This document shows positions 17,368-26,820 of a stretch of 44,246 bases of DNA, piece by piece. Origin of the DNA: a virus (lineage: Duplodnaviria > Heunggongvirae > Uroviricota > Caudoviricetes); IMG/VR virus record IMGVR_UViG_3300045988_013393, positions 1 to 44,246 of that record. One strand, given 5' to 3'. The notes under the pieces are model-generated. The model was given only the letters and a program-made list of their open reading frames with translations, had not been told where the DNA came from and did not search any database. Numbering within the stretch: position 1 is the stretch's first letter; the number at the start of each line of letters is the position of its first letter. Made by a program: the position numbers and the translations under genes.

Positions 17368-17723
17368 AATTCTATCTCCGCATAAGTTTCGCGCAAGTCT
17401 TCCAGACGGTCTAACCGTACCTGGCGACTCGCCAGCTCGCAATGACTAACCATACCGTCATAGTATACTCCGGCGTGCCAGATTACACGGTTTCTGTGCC
17501 GTGTTGCCATCAGCACGGCATCGAAGTTTTGCGGAGTTTCTACGCGTACAAGGCCTTTAGTATCTTTATGGCCTTCTTCGAAGGCGTCGTTAATCTGTGT
17601 TGGCGAAGCGACGTTAAACTCAGGCGTAAAGAGGCCTACATCCGCACGAACGTTACGGACATGGTGCCAGCAATTACGACGGCGAAAGTCGTACGGCAAC
17701 CCTGTATAAGAATTAATATTCAT
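17358..17723 (-). CDS. Tail assembly protein, lambda gpK-like (NlpC/P60-type Cys/His)
   Basis: Conserved Cys (RRNCWHHV) and His (HAGVYYDGMVSHC); position between gpL-like and gpJ-like genes. Confidence 0.55.
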   Translation of the reverse strand: MNINSYTGLPYDFRRRNCWHHVRNVRADVGLFTPEFNVASPTQINDAFEEGHKDTKGLVRVETPQNFDAVLMATRHRNRVIWHAGVYYDGMVSHCELASRQVRLDRLEDLRETYAEIEFWR

Positions 17724-18235
17724 GTGGACAAAACGCCCCGTAACAATGGGATTACTGAAGGGGTCATTAGTTCACCAGTGGCCCTTTGGTTCAACATAGG
17801 AACGCCAACGTCGGCGGTAAATAGCCCCTTTTCCTGGTTTATCGACTGTAACTCGTACACAACAGGCCCATCAGCCGGGTAAGACAAATCAGTACCAACA
17901 AAACGGCGGAATATGAATTTAGGTAGCACGGTATTATCAGGCGGTATCCTGTCCATCTCATCATCTAACTGGTTACCAATATCAGGTAATGCGAACGACG
18001 CCCGCTGGTCCATGTCGTTATTGTTGGCGGCCCCTTTAGCCTCCATAGGGGTAGCCTCAAACGTTACGACTTCTCCGGTCTCTAACGTCGCCGTCAGGTC
18101 GGAAGTTCCGCGCACAAGCAAATACCGCTTTGAAAGAAGCGGGTGTACTATCTCCAGCGTCGTGTAGTCAATTTCGCCGTCGGGATTTGAGGCCAGCTTA
18201 CGGCGGTAGGCTGCTTCTACAGATTCCTGGCTCAT
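17720..18235 (-). CDS. Minor tail protein, lambda gpL-like
   Basis: Size and position in the TMP-M-L-K-J order. Confidence 0.45.
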   Translation of the reverse strand: MSQESVEAAYRRKLASNPDGEIDYTTLEIVHPLLSKRYLLVRGTSDLTATLETGEVVTFEATPMEAKGAANNNDMDQRASFALPDIGNQLDDEMDRIPPDNTVLPKFIFRRFVGTDLSYPADGPVVYELQSINQEKGLFTADVGVPMLNQRATGELMTPSVIPLLRGVLST

Positions 18236-18238
18236 AAA

Positions 18239-19330
18239 TTAACCGTCCACATTAAAATCAATACGAGTGATATATTTACTGCCCCACGCAGAATCCGCTT
18301 GGGGGATAGTCGCGTAACCGTCAACAGCCTGAACGTTTACCACAGAGCTGTCGGAGTATGTAATGTCGATGCTTGTTGCGCCGTTCATTGCTACTTTTGC
18401 CGATGCCGCTTGGCGGCCCACAGCAGACGAATCTGTGATTATTGGCGACGTGGCAAATGGTTTTTTTTCAACCTGAGCGGACGCAACTGAAAAAGAAGAT
18501 GCTCCATCCGATGCGTAAGACGTGAGTCTGGTAGACGTCATAGACGGTATGCTTGCTACCGCTATGGAGGATAGTGCAGAACCGTCCCCTGTCGCGATTG
18601 TGGTAGTTGAGCATAGAACCCGCCCAGTGCCTAACCCGCCTATCTGGTAGTTAATAGAACCGCCTTCTGGCGGAACACGCCCAACGGCAACACCATCAAT
18701 AAATGTTAGAGGCCATTCATTAGTGGCTGATTGCACAAGATTGCCGTTGCGGTTGATGTAATAAACCTGCGGCCCGTCGTACACAATGCGGCTATCCAGG
18801 GCGGACGCCAGAAGGTTAATCGGCGGGTATCCTGCGGGCCCTTCATCGCTCCAGATGCGCGGGAACGTAGTCTCATAGTTCGCGTATATTTTCAGGAAAC
18901 TACCCAGACAATCCCCGTAGCAACCATACAAATCTGGCAGATTCTTAGTAAGACATGTGTCTTCCTGAATTGCTGTGCGCTCTGCTGTAGCCGTAAACGT
19001 AATGACCCAGTTCTTGCCGTCGTCTGTGCTATCGCTAATATCAGACGTAATAAGAACCTGGTGGTCTTCGATACCTAAACCCGTATCGTGCGGCATGATA
19101 AATGAAGACGCACCGCCGTCTATGTTGTTCAGGAAGCTATAGAACGCCTGGCGACCGAGCGATGATACGACCAGGGTAACGCTAATCGGCACCGGTTCGA
19201 AGTATGTATCACGCCCCTGACGAGGCACACCGCCCTGAACTTCTGTACGCCAGATATTACTCCCTCGCGTTTGGGAGTACCCCTTCGACACTATTGGTCG
19301 AAGGGACATAGGGAATCTCAAATCACTCAT
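18239..19330 (-). CDS. Minor/distal tail protein (lambda gpM-like position)
   Basis: Immediately downstream of the tape measure gene. Confidence 0.45.
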   Translation of the reverse strand: MSDLRFPMSLRPIVSKGYSQTRGSNIWRTEVQGGVPRQGRDTYFEPVPISVTLVVSSLGRQAFYSFLNNIDGGASSFIMPHDTGLGIEDHQVLITSDISDSTDDGKNWVITFTATAERTAIQEDTCLTKNLPDLYGCYGDCLGSFLKIYANYETTFPRIWSDEGPAGYPPINLLASALDSRIVYDGPQVYYINRNGNLVQSATNEWPLTFIDGVAVGRVPPEGGSINYQIGGLGTGRVLCSTTTIATGDGSALSSIAVASIPSMTSTRLTSYASDGASSFSVASAQVEKKPFATSPIITDSSAVGRQAASAKVAMNGATSIDITYSDSSVVNVQAVDGYATIPQADSAWGSKYITRIDFNVDG

Positions 19331-19333
19331 TGG

Positions 19334-21670
19334 TTAATACCCCGGCTGGTTTCGTGTAGCCCGGCGGGACTTGGAGATTGCACTGTTGCTGTCTTGTAAC
19401 GCCGCCGATACTGTTTCACTGATGATAACACGTAACCGCCCTTCGTCGTCACGCTCTGTAACGGCGGAATCAACTCGTCCGGTGGTGTTGTTGACGATTG
19501 TCACGCTGTCACCGCCTGACTTGTTGCCGTTCTCGCCCATAATCTGGCGCATCTGTTCTGCGGTACGGACGCGTGACGCACCTGCCGGCATAATAACTTC
19601 GGGCTTGTTACGTTCTGCAATGGTGGATAGCTGCCCGGCAGCTAAGTTACCACCCTGTTCACGGGCCGAACGAATCTTGCTGATGTTAGCGAGACCTGCC
19701 GCTACCGCTGTAGCTGCTGCTATCGGCCCAAGTATCCAACCAACAAAAGGAATCGCGGACGCAGATTTATAAGCCTCGATGGCGGATGTGTATGTGGCGA
19801 TGGTGGCCTGGGCGATAGCAAACGCTTTATAAGCGGTAGACGCTTCGCCAAGCGACGATTTAATATTATCCGCCATCATTCCGAAAGCGTTACCGGTAGC
19901 GTTGGCACGTTTCAAAGCATACTGGTCGTTTATAGCATTAACCGCAGCCTGGTACTGCTCCTCGTTAATAAGGTTCTGTTCGCGATATCGGTCTGCAACG
20001 TCAAGTTTTTGTTGTTCCTGAATCTCCAAAAGCTCAAGCTCTGCGGCATTCTGACCCATAATCTGAGCCATGAAGTCTTCACCTTTCTGGTTCTTCTTCT
20101 GTCGTTCTTTCTTCCGCTTGGCGAGTTCTTCCTGGCGAGCGGTGTCCGCCTCCAACATAATCTGAGTTTTAGCGTTCTCGTATTGCTGGTCGCTAAGAAG
20201 CTGATTGCCGTAAAACTCCTGTAGCTTGGTTAGCTGCTGTTCCTGGTTGGCTTCTATTTTCTGGAATACGTCATCATTGAGATGAATCGACTGGTAGTAG
20301 AAATCCTCAGCGGCTTTCTTCTGGCGCTTGAACGCATCTGCGGCTTTCTTAGCGGCTTTTGCACCTGCGCTATCATCTTCGGATCCGCCACCAGTACCGG
20401 TTACCTTAAATTTACTAAGACCTTCTTCCTTAGCGGCTTCTTTGTCGATGTCATATGCCGCGCGTTTAAGCGCGACGATATTTTGCTGAGCCTCCACCTG
20501 TTCGCGGAAACTTTTACGGGTCAGGTCCGCAACATCGCGCTGAGTATCCAGTGCCATCCCTAGCTGGAAGTTAATGTTTTTTGCTACGTCTACAGATTCC
20601 CCTGGTGTGAAGGCAGCTTTCACCAACCGGCCAGCGTCCTGTGCCCCTTTAACCATATCTTCAAAGAAGCGCTCCATCGCGGTAAATTCTTCTGCGATGA
20701 AATCGAGCGCATCGGCAGCTGATTCCGCGATGGTTGTCGCCGTTTGTTCGCCGCTGTCGGTGATACTTTTACTGCTAAAATCCCAAAGTTCATTCAGCCC
20801 GTTTATTGCGTCGCCTACGAAACCAAATGCCGCGTCGAACGACATCTCTATCGCGCTGCCCACTTCTGACGCGATGTCACCCCACATACGCATCTCAGCG
20901 GTGAGTTCGCCGGATGCTACCTGTGCGTTAAGTTCCTGGATTAAATCATCGATGTACCGGATAGGTTCCGCAAGAGCACCAACATCAAGGCTGGTGGCCA
21001 GTGTCATTTTTAACTGCGACCATGAGTCGCTGGCACTGGCGATGGCCCCGTTAAGTGTGTTGGCCTGGTCCGCCATAGCCCCCGCGAAGTTTACGTTACC
21101 AATGTTGAGCAGGTATTGCTCGATGTCGGCAGCGCTCTTCTTAACTACCGTAGTGGTGCCCTGGAATGTAAATTCAACATCGTTTTTGTTCTGCTTGGCC
21201 TTGATACCAAATTCTTTAAGGCGCTCAAATTCAAATGTACTAGCGTCCGCAACGGCCTCAATCATCTGATTAAGGTCTTTACCCATAGCAGCGGCAGTGT
21301 TGCCATAGGAGCGCAACGCTTCTTCTGAGGGGGTAAGGCCGAGAGCCACCAGTTTACGGAATCCCTCTACCGCCTGTTCAAGGCCATACGGAGTGTCGCG
21401 CGCGAAGTCTTGCAGGATGCTTAACGCCTGTCTTGCCCCCTGCGTGCTTCCGGTTAGCGTTTTCAGGCTGGCGGACATCTTGTCCAGTTGCCGTTGGGAG
21501 TCTACCAGTTCCTGTGCGGCCTTGTACGCGGTCGCGGCGACAATTGAAGCGAGTCCAGCTACGGCTGCCCCCGCTACTTTTGCCGACTTGGAGAGATTAT
21601 CAAGACGGTCCGATGTAGCTTTCGCGCCTTGCTCTGATACCTTTACAACTAAACTAGCTACATCAGCCAT
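19334..21670 (-). CDS. Tail tape measure protein (778 aa)
   Basis: Long Ala/Gln/Glu-rich coiled-coil protein directly after G/T chaperones; C-terminal hydrophobic segment. Confidence 0.8.
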   Translation of the reverse strand: MADVASLVVKVSEQGAKATSDRLDNLSKSAKVAGAAVAGLASIVAATAYKAAQELVDSQRQLDKMSASLKTLTGSTQGARQALSILQDFARDTPYGLEQAVEGFRKLVALGLTPSEEALRSYGNTAAAMGKDLNQMIEAVADASTFEFERLKEFGIKAKQNKNDVEFTFQGTTTVVKKSAADIEQYLLNIGNVNFAGAMADQANTLNGAIASASDSWSQLKMTLATSLDVGALAEPIRYIDDLIQELNAQVASGELTAEMRMWGDIASEVGSAIEMSFDAAFGFVGDAINGLNELWDFSSKSITDSGEQTATTIAESAADALDFIAEEFTAMERFFEDMVKGAQDAGRLVKAAFTPGESVDVAKNINFQLGMALDTQRDVADLTRKSFREQVEAQQNIVALKRAAYDIDKEAAKEEGLSKFKVTGTGGGSEDDSAGAKAAKKAADAFKRQKKAAEDFYYQSIHLNDDVFQKIEANQEQQLTKLQEFYGNQLLSDQQYENAKTQIMLEADTARQEELAKRKKERQKKNQKGEDFMAQIMGQNAAELELLEIQEQQKLDVADRYREQNLINEEQYQAAVNAINDQYALKRANATGNAFGMMADNIKSSLGEASTAYKAFAIAQATIATYTSAIEAYKSASAIPFVGWILGPIAAATAVAAGLANISKIRSAREQGGNLAAGQLSTIAERNKPEVIMPAGASRVRTAEQMRQIMGENGNKSGGDSVTIVNNTTGRVDSAVTERDDEGRLRVIISETVSAALQDSNSAISKSRRATRNQPGY

Positions 21671-22055
21671 CGTTTCTACCCTCGAAAATAGCGTCTAAGC
21701 TCATGATGATGTCAGATTCGAACATGCCTATATTCTGGCCTGAAACGGTGCTGTATGCCACTAAATCCGACCATCTTAACTGTTCGCGCGGGTACATCTT
21801 GATGCCATCATCGTCCACTCGGCGGGTGAATTTGATTTCCCTGTACTTCTCGAAGGTGGTTAATAGCTCAGGGGGGCATTCCGGCCCTGTGTCCGGCGTT
21901 GCTTCCGGCGCGTCTTGCATAACCCCCATAGCAATTAGCGCGGCTTTATGCCCGTCGGCGATACTGTCAAACTCCCGCCGTTTGTGGCGGGTTATGAAGT
22001 TCCAACGGGCAAACTGGAGCAACGCGTCTACTTTTCCTGCAATTGGTGAAGCTGT
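21663..22055 (-). CDS. Tail assembly chaperone gpT-like, probably made as G-T fusion by -1 frameshift
   Basis: T frame stays open upstream of its start and overlaps the end of the G ORF; slippery GGAAAAG on minus strand (plus 22031-22037) sits at the last G codons. Confidence 0.55.
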   Translation of the reverse strand, partial: TASPIAGKVDALLQFARWNFITRHKRREFDSIADGHKAALIAMGVMQDAPEATPDTGPECPPELLTTFEKYREIKFTRRVDDDGIKMYPREQLRWSDLVAYSTVSGQNIGMFESDIIMSLDAIFEGRNDG

Positions 22056-22444
22056 TCATTGTGGAAAACAACAACGTGTTCAGCGAGTCGTTTATATTGT
22101 GAGAAAAGAGTATTCAGGTTCTCTTTATTAAATTCATCGTCGAGACTCCAACCGTTAACCAGTTCAAGCGCTAACTGGCGGTTAAGGTCCGTTGCGGCGT
22201 CTTCCATCTTGATGTTGTATTCCGAGAAATCTTTCAGTTCCTCGCATTTATCGCGAAGCGGTTTCAATTTACCTAATGCCGCGCGGTACGCAAGTGTAAA
22301 CGCCCTCATAGCTTTAACAGCAACGTCTGCCTCCGGTGAAACAACGTTCAGCCACTCCCCTGAATCGGTGCCGTCTTTCAGTGGTATCGGCATACGGGCG
22401 CCTTTTTCTGCCTCAGCTTCGTAATAAAAATCAGAAAGTTTCAT
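22028..22444 (-). CDS. Tail assembly chaperone gpG-like
   Basis: 138-aa ORF directly upstream of the TMP with slippery site at its 3' end. Confidence 0.6.
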   Translation of the reverse strand: MKLSDFYYEAEAEKGARMPIPLKDGTDSGEWLNVVSPEADVAVKAMRAFTLAYRAALGKLKPLRDKCEELKDFSEYNIKMEDAATDLNRQLALELVNGWSLDDEFNKENLNTLFSQYKRLAEHVVVFHNEQLHQLQEK

Positions 22445-22552
22445 TCTTTAATCCTTTGGTTAAGAGGTTACAGGTTAATGGTAAATGCGCCAGACGGGAA
22501 CCACCCGCTTTTCGTGTGCGACACTAGGCGCAAAATTATTCTATCACATTAC

Positions 22553-22581
22553 TTGCGCACCCCAACATAATAGGATACTAT
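22553..22581 (+). promoter_or_regulatory. Class B promoter (TTGCGC-N17-TACTAT) driving plus-strand accessory island
   Basis: Near-identical to the element at 1273-1301; conserved leader ttaactcaaacaggag before ATG 22623. Confidence 0.5.
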
Positions 22582-22622
22582 TCACTTACACCAACAATGT
22601 TAACTCAAACAGGAGCTACACC

Positions 22623-22814
22623 ATGACAGGTATTACTATGTTCTTCTTAATCATTATCGTTTTAGTTTATTTTATCCCGTTTTTAGTGGCCCATATGCGC
22701 GGACATAAAGCGAAACTGGCGATATTCATGGCTAATCTGTTTCTCGGCTGGGTTCTGCTGCCGTGGGTATTTATTTTAATCTGGGCTTGCAACTCGAATG
22801 TCAAAGAGAAGTGA
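22623..22814 (+). CDS. Small membrane protein, superinfection-immunity (Imm)-like
   Basis: 63 aa, two TM segments; YFIPFLVAHMRGHKAKLAIFMANLFLGWVLLPWV...IWAC resembles the Imm-family signature as recalled from memory; AGGAG RBS. Confidence 0.5.
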   Translation: MTGITMFFLIIIVLVYFIPFLVAHMRGHKAKLAIFMANLFLGWVLLPWVFILIWACNSNVKEK

Positions 22815-22852
22815 GCTAGTATAGGACAAATCCTAAACACGAGGAAGTAAGC

Positions 22853-23983
22853 ATGGCCCGGAAGAAAATAACCGACGAACAGTTACAGGAAGAATTGAAC
22901 GCCGGAACAAAGATTATCGACATATCCCGTAAATACGGCATCTCAGACCGAGTTATTCGTATCCGTAAAGCGAAGCTGGCGAAGAAAGGCGTAGGTCACG
23001 GTCGTGACGTTAGCCATCTTGTCCCGGACGGCTACAAAATTAAAGGAACGTCGTCACTGGTGGACGAGTTCGGCAACACTAAGTTGCAATGGGTTAAGAC
23101 AGACACCGACGCCGAACGTCAGGTCGAGTTAATGAAAGCCGTGATCGAAGGAATGAAGTCGGAGATTACGCCAGTTGCGCCGGTTAAAGCGACTCGAGCC
23201 AAACGCGACGATAAACTACTCAATCTGTACACGGTATCTGATTTCCATCTTGGTATGCTGGCCTGGGCTGACGAGAGCGGCGACGACTGGGATATGAAGA
23301 TTGCGGAAGACCTGTTCTCCCGATGGTTCGATGCGGCGTTTCAGAAAGCACCAGATGCAGGAACTGGGGTTATTAACCTGCTGGGTGACTTCGCGCACTT
23401 CGATAGTCTGGATGCGGTTACGCCAGCGAGTGGTCATGTTCTTGATGCGGACACTCGTTATCAGAAACTGGTCCGCTACATGATTCGTATGGTACGCCGT
23501 GTTGTTGACATGGCGCTGGTTAAGCATAAATCTGTTCGCTTGCTTATCGTGCAAGGGAACCACGACGAAAGCGGAATGATTTGGTTAGCTGAGATGTTTA
23601 GTACGCTGTACGACAATGAGCCGCGTGTGTTCGTCGATACGTCGCCGGATGTTTACAAGATGGTCCAACACGGCAAAACTACGCTGTTCTTTCACCACGG
23701 GCATAAGGCGCGATTCGACGCTATCGAACCGGTAATGATTGCCAAGTTCCGTAAAGCGTTCGGCGAGAGTGTTTACAGCTACGCCCACGTAGGCCATCTG
23801 CACCACCAGAAGATTGTAGAAAGCCGTAACATGATTGTTGAGCAACACCGCACCTTAGCGGCTAAAGACGCCTACGCCTCGCGCGGCGGATGGATGTCGG
23901 GCCGTAGTGCAAATGTAATTACTTATAGCGCCGAATATGGCGAGGTCGCACGTTTAACTATTTCACCGGAGATGCTGGGATGA
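22853..23983 (+). CDS. HTH domain fused to calcineurin-like metallophosphoesterase (SbcD/Mre11-like motifs)
   Basis: N-terminal HTH (ISRKYGISDRVIRIRKAKLAKKG); MPP motifs DFHLG, GDFAHFD, GNHDE, HHGH, GHLHH; DxHLG is typical of SbcD/Mre11 nucleases. Confidence 0.6.
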   Translation: MARKKITDEQLQEELNAGTKIIDISRKYGISDRVIRIRKAKLAKKGVGHGRDVSHLVPDGYKIKGTSSLVDEFGNTKLQWVKTDTDAERQVELMKAVIEGMKSEITPVAPVKATRAKRDDKLLNLYTVSDFHLGMLAWADESGDDWDMKIAEDLFSRWFDAAFQKAPDAGTGVINLLGDFAHFDSLDAVTPASGHVLDADTRYQKLVRYMIRMVRRVVDMALVKHKSVRLLIVQGNHDESGMIWLAEMFSTLYDNEPRVFVDTSPDVYKMVQHGKTTLFFHHGHKARFDAIEPVMIAKFRKAFGESVYSYAHVGHLHHQKIVESRNMIVEQHRTLAAKDAYASRGGWMSGRSANVITYSAEYGEVARLTISPEMLG

Positions 23984-24468
23984 AAGATATTGTGATTTTC
24001 GATTTAGACGGGACATTGGCGGATGGTACTCATCGTTTACACCTGCTGCCGAAAGATAACTACGGCGAAACCTGGGCGTGGAAGCCTTTTAACATGGCCT
24101 GCAAAGATGACGCGCCCATTAAAGATAACATCCACTTGTGCAACACGCTGTGGCATACCGGGATGACCATAATCATCCTTACCGGGCGAAGCGACGACGC
24201 CGAGGAAGAAACTCGTGAGTGGTTACGTAAAAACAATGTCAAGTTCGACGTTCTGTTAATGCGCAGCAAGCACGACAACAGAAAAGACATCGTAATTAAA
24301 GAAGAGGTGTTACGTGCTATCGGGCTGGAGAGAATATTGTGTGCGTTCGACGACTCTCCAGCGGTAATAAAGCATTTCCGCGGACTCGGTATAACCACTC
24401 ACGCGGTTACTGAATACGACTGTAACGGGAACTCTACACACTTAAAATCACACGGGAGCGATAAATAA
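23980..24468 (+). CDS. HAD-family phosphatase, polynucleotide-kinase 3'-phosphatase-like
   Basis: DxDGT motif (VIFDLDGTLADG) and downstream segments resemble the T4 Pnk phosphatase domain (from memory); ATGA-coupled to the MPP gene. Confidence 0.55.
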   Translation: MKDIVIFDLDGTLADGTHRLHLLPKDNYGETWAWKPFNMACKDDAPIKDNIHLCNTLWHTGMTIIILTGRSDDAEEETREWLRKNNVKFDVLLMRSKHDNRKDIVIKEEVLRAIGLERILCAFDDSPAVIKHFRGLGITTHAVTEYDCNGNSTHLKSHGSDK

Positions 24469-25037
24469 TGGCTAAGGTAATTATTCTTAATGGCCCTGCG
24501 GGCTGCGGGAAAGACACACTTGCTATGGCGCTGGTAGAAATGGGCTTTGCGAAAGGAACTACCAGTTTCAAGAATCCAATGTTCAATATTGCTCGGGCAG
24601 CGTTAGGCCCGGATGCTTACCACGAATTTCTCGACGGCTACGACGACCGGGCACGGAAAGAAAAGCCAGAATGTTTCCTTAATGGGTTGTCGCGACGTCA
24701 GTTCATGATTGCTATCTCGGAGCAATTCATTAAGCCTGTACTTGGCAATGATTATTTCGGTAAGTATCTCGCTGAAAACTTGCCTGACGGCGACGAAGTT
24801 TTTGTAGTGTCCGACGGTGGGTTTGCCAGTGAAGTTGCCCCTATCGTCGCCGCTGGGCATGACGTGCGAATCGTCCGCTTGCACCGAGACGGCTACACGT
24901 TTGACGGGGATAGCCGTGGCTACCTGTACGATATTGATGGGGTAGTATGCCATGACGTCGCCATCATTCCTGGTGAGATTACATTAACCGCGGCCACGGT
25001 TGCCAATAGAATCCTGGGGATTTACCCAAATGCGTGA
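24468..25037 (+). CDS. P-loop kinase (dNMP-kinase-like; possible polynucleotide/nucleotide kinase)
   Basis: Walker A GPAGCGKDT resembles the SGKDT P-loop of T4 gp1 dNMP kinase; start overlaps the phosphatase stop (TAATG). Confidence 0.5.
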   Translation: MAKVIILNGPAGCGKDTLAMALVEMGFAKGTTSFKNPMFNIARAALGPDAYHEFLDGYDDRARKEKPECFLNGLSRRQFMIAISEQFIKPVLGNDYFGKYLAENLPDGDEVFVVSDGGFASEVAPIVAAGHDVRIVRLHRDGYTFDGDSRGYLYDIDGVVCHDVAIIPGEITLTAATVANRILGIYPNA

Positions 25038-25206
25038 AGGCACAATGGGGACAATATACGTTATCCGCGTATATGACGAAGAATGGGATGAGTGGGTTGA
25101 TATTTACGCCGTAGGTAGCAAGGAAGAGGCGACAAAAGAGATGACAGAACGGAGTGACAGAGGTCAGTTAACTAACTTCTACGAAATGCCATTCAAAAGT
25201 GAGTGA
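25030..25206 (+). CDS. Hypothetical small protein (58 aa)
   Basis: ATG overlapping the kinase stop; last gene of island before terminator. Confidence 0.35.
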   Translation: MREGTMGTIYVIRVYDEEWDEWVDIYAVGSKEEATKEMTERSDRGQLTNFYEMPFKSE

Positions 25207-25210
25207 GAAA

Positions 25211-25237
25211 AAGGCCCCGAAAGGGGCCTTAGTTTTA
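25211..25237. terminator. Bidirectional intrinsic terminator (AAGGCCCC-gaaa-GGGGCCTT + TTTTA)
   Basis: Closes the plus-strand island; convergent with the major tail gene. Confidence 0.65.
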
Positions 25238-26407
25238 TGCGTAGGTGATACGCTGGATAACAATAGACGACTGGTACTGATTGCCGGTAGCCTGGCCTTC
25301 GATGGACTGAGTGATTGACTCTGGTCCGCCAATCTCAGGCGTAACCGCCGTAAGCTCTGCGCGTTTCAGGCTGAAAGACATAGCCCCGTTTACCCCCGCC
25401 AGAATAGAGTTAATCTCTACCTGCTGTTCGTTGATAAACTTCTGAATCATCGCCATGTCGTACAGCTTACCAGAGATGGAGAATGTGTTAGCTGCGCGGC
25501 CACGTTCCACGAACGCAACACTACTGTTGCCGAGTTCGAACTGCGCGGAAGCACCGTTGTCGTTGGTGATGGTCAGAGTATCGCAACGCAACGGCGTAGA
25601 ACCGTCGAACACAGACACATCTACGGATGAGAACGGCTCATCGGTAAACGTCACCCGGGAGAAATCAGAACCTGCTGGCGGTGCAGAAAGAATTTCCTGA
25701 CTCAGACCGATGAACGGGAAGCTGCCTGTCACCATCGCGTTTACGGCCTGTTCAATGGTGAAACCGGAGATTTCCACGCCTTTGGTCAGCATGTACGCGT
25801 CAAGGTTCCCGCACTGTCCTTTGAACCATGTCAGGATGGAGAACGTCTTACATTCGTTACCGGTTTCCAATTTATCGCCTGTTTTAGCGTCGGTGGTTAC
25901 AGTCTCTGCTGTCAGCGTGTGCTGGATACCCGCACCCGTAACTACAAGAGCAGAAACCGCGGTCACGATAAACGGTTTTGCGTTGTCGCCGGTTAAGTCG
26001 GTGAATGCAATCAGGTCGCCAACCTCTACACCGTCAGTAATGAAGCTACCGGCAGCGCGGGTGAATGTTTTACCTGCTGGAGCGACCGTAATTTCAGCAC
26101 CCGTAATCTCTACCCCGTCCTGCCACGTAGAAGTCATAGCACCCGCAAGGAAATCATCCTGGCTACGTGAGCTAAGTTCGATGGCGTACTCCCCGCTAAC
26201 CTGTTTGTTACCGGTGCGGATGGATGTGGTTTCTCTGCTGCCGTCGAGTTCGTTGGAAGTCAGCGCATCGCGGGTTACCGCAGGAACACCGCCAGTGTTA
26301 CGCAACGGCGACCAGACCGGGCTAGTCGGTGTTACGCCAGGGGTCACTTCCGCCACATAGAATTGCGCGGTATTCGCGCCCTTAAAAGGAGTTGTAGCCA
26401 TATTCAC
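25235..26407 (-). CDS. Major tail (tube) protein (390 aa)
   Basis: Position immediately upstream of G/T chaperones (interrupted by island); Thr/Ser-rich. Confidence 0.55.
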   Translation of the reverse strand: MNMATTPFKGANTAQFYVAEVTPGVTPTSPVWSPLRNTGGVPAVTRDALTSNELDGSRETTSIRTGNKQVSGEYAIELSSRSQDDFLAGAMTSTWQDGVEITGAEITVAPAGKTFTRAAGSFITDGVEVGDLIAFTDLTGDNAKPFIVTAVSALVVTGAGIQHTLTAETVTTDAKTGDKLETGNECKTFSILTWFKGQCGNLDAYMLTKGVEISGFTIEQAVNAMVTGSFPFIGLSQEILSAPPAGSDFSRVTFTDEPFSSVDVSVFDGSTPLRCDTLTITNDNGASAQFELGNSSVAFVERGRAANTFSISGKLYDMAMIQKFINEQQVEINSILAGVNGAMSFSLKRAELTAVTPEIGGPESITQSIEGQATGNQYQSSIVIQRITYA

Positions 26408-26820
26408 AGCCTCTTGGTGAATGCAATAAAGTTAATTGACAATGGTCGTTTGGCCCATCCGTTTTCTACAATCAGCGGCCCCAGGCTAACCGATTGAACC
26501 TCGGCGCAGATGTCGTTACGCGAAAATGACTTACCTGCTTTAAACGCCGTGTTAAGTAAGTCTGCCATTTTATTGATTGGCGCGCTACCTTTCACCGATG
26601 CGTAGTTAATGTCGACCTGATAAACACCTGAGCGTTGTTCTGTGAAGAACAAATCTGCCTGTTCTGTATCCGCAAGTAACATGTAACTTGCCAGATACGG
26701 CGTATCGGTTGGCGTCGGCGCGTCGATGTTTTCAAGCGAGACCTTGATGCCGTTGGTTGTTCCGAAGGCTACCAGCGGCACATCAAATGCTTTGGTTAAG
26801 TCCTCAAAGTAGCCCATCAT
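26404..26820 (-). CDS. Tail/neck structural protein (138 aa)
   Basis: Coupled ORF in head-to-tail joining region. Confidence 0.4.
   Translation of the reverse strand: MMGYFEDLTKAFDVPLVAFGTTNGIKVSLENIDAPTPTDTPYLASYMLLADTEQADLFFTEQRSGVYQVDINYASVKGSAPINKMADLLNTAFKAGKSFSRNDICAEVQSVSLGPLIVENGWAKRPLSINFIAFTKRL

Noticed and set aside
20574-21269. 231-aa plus-strand ORF inside the tape measure gene
   Set aside because: Antisense to the TMP coding region, Ser/Ala-rich low-complexity translation, no start context.
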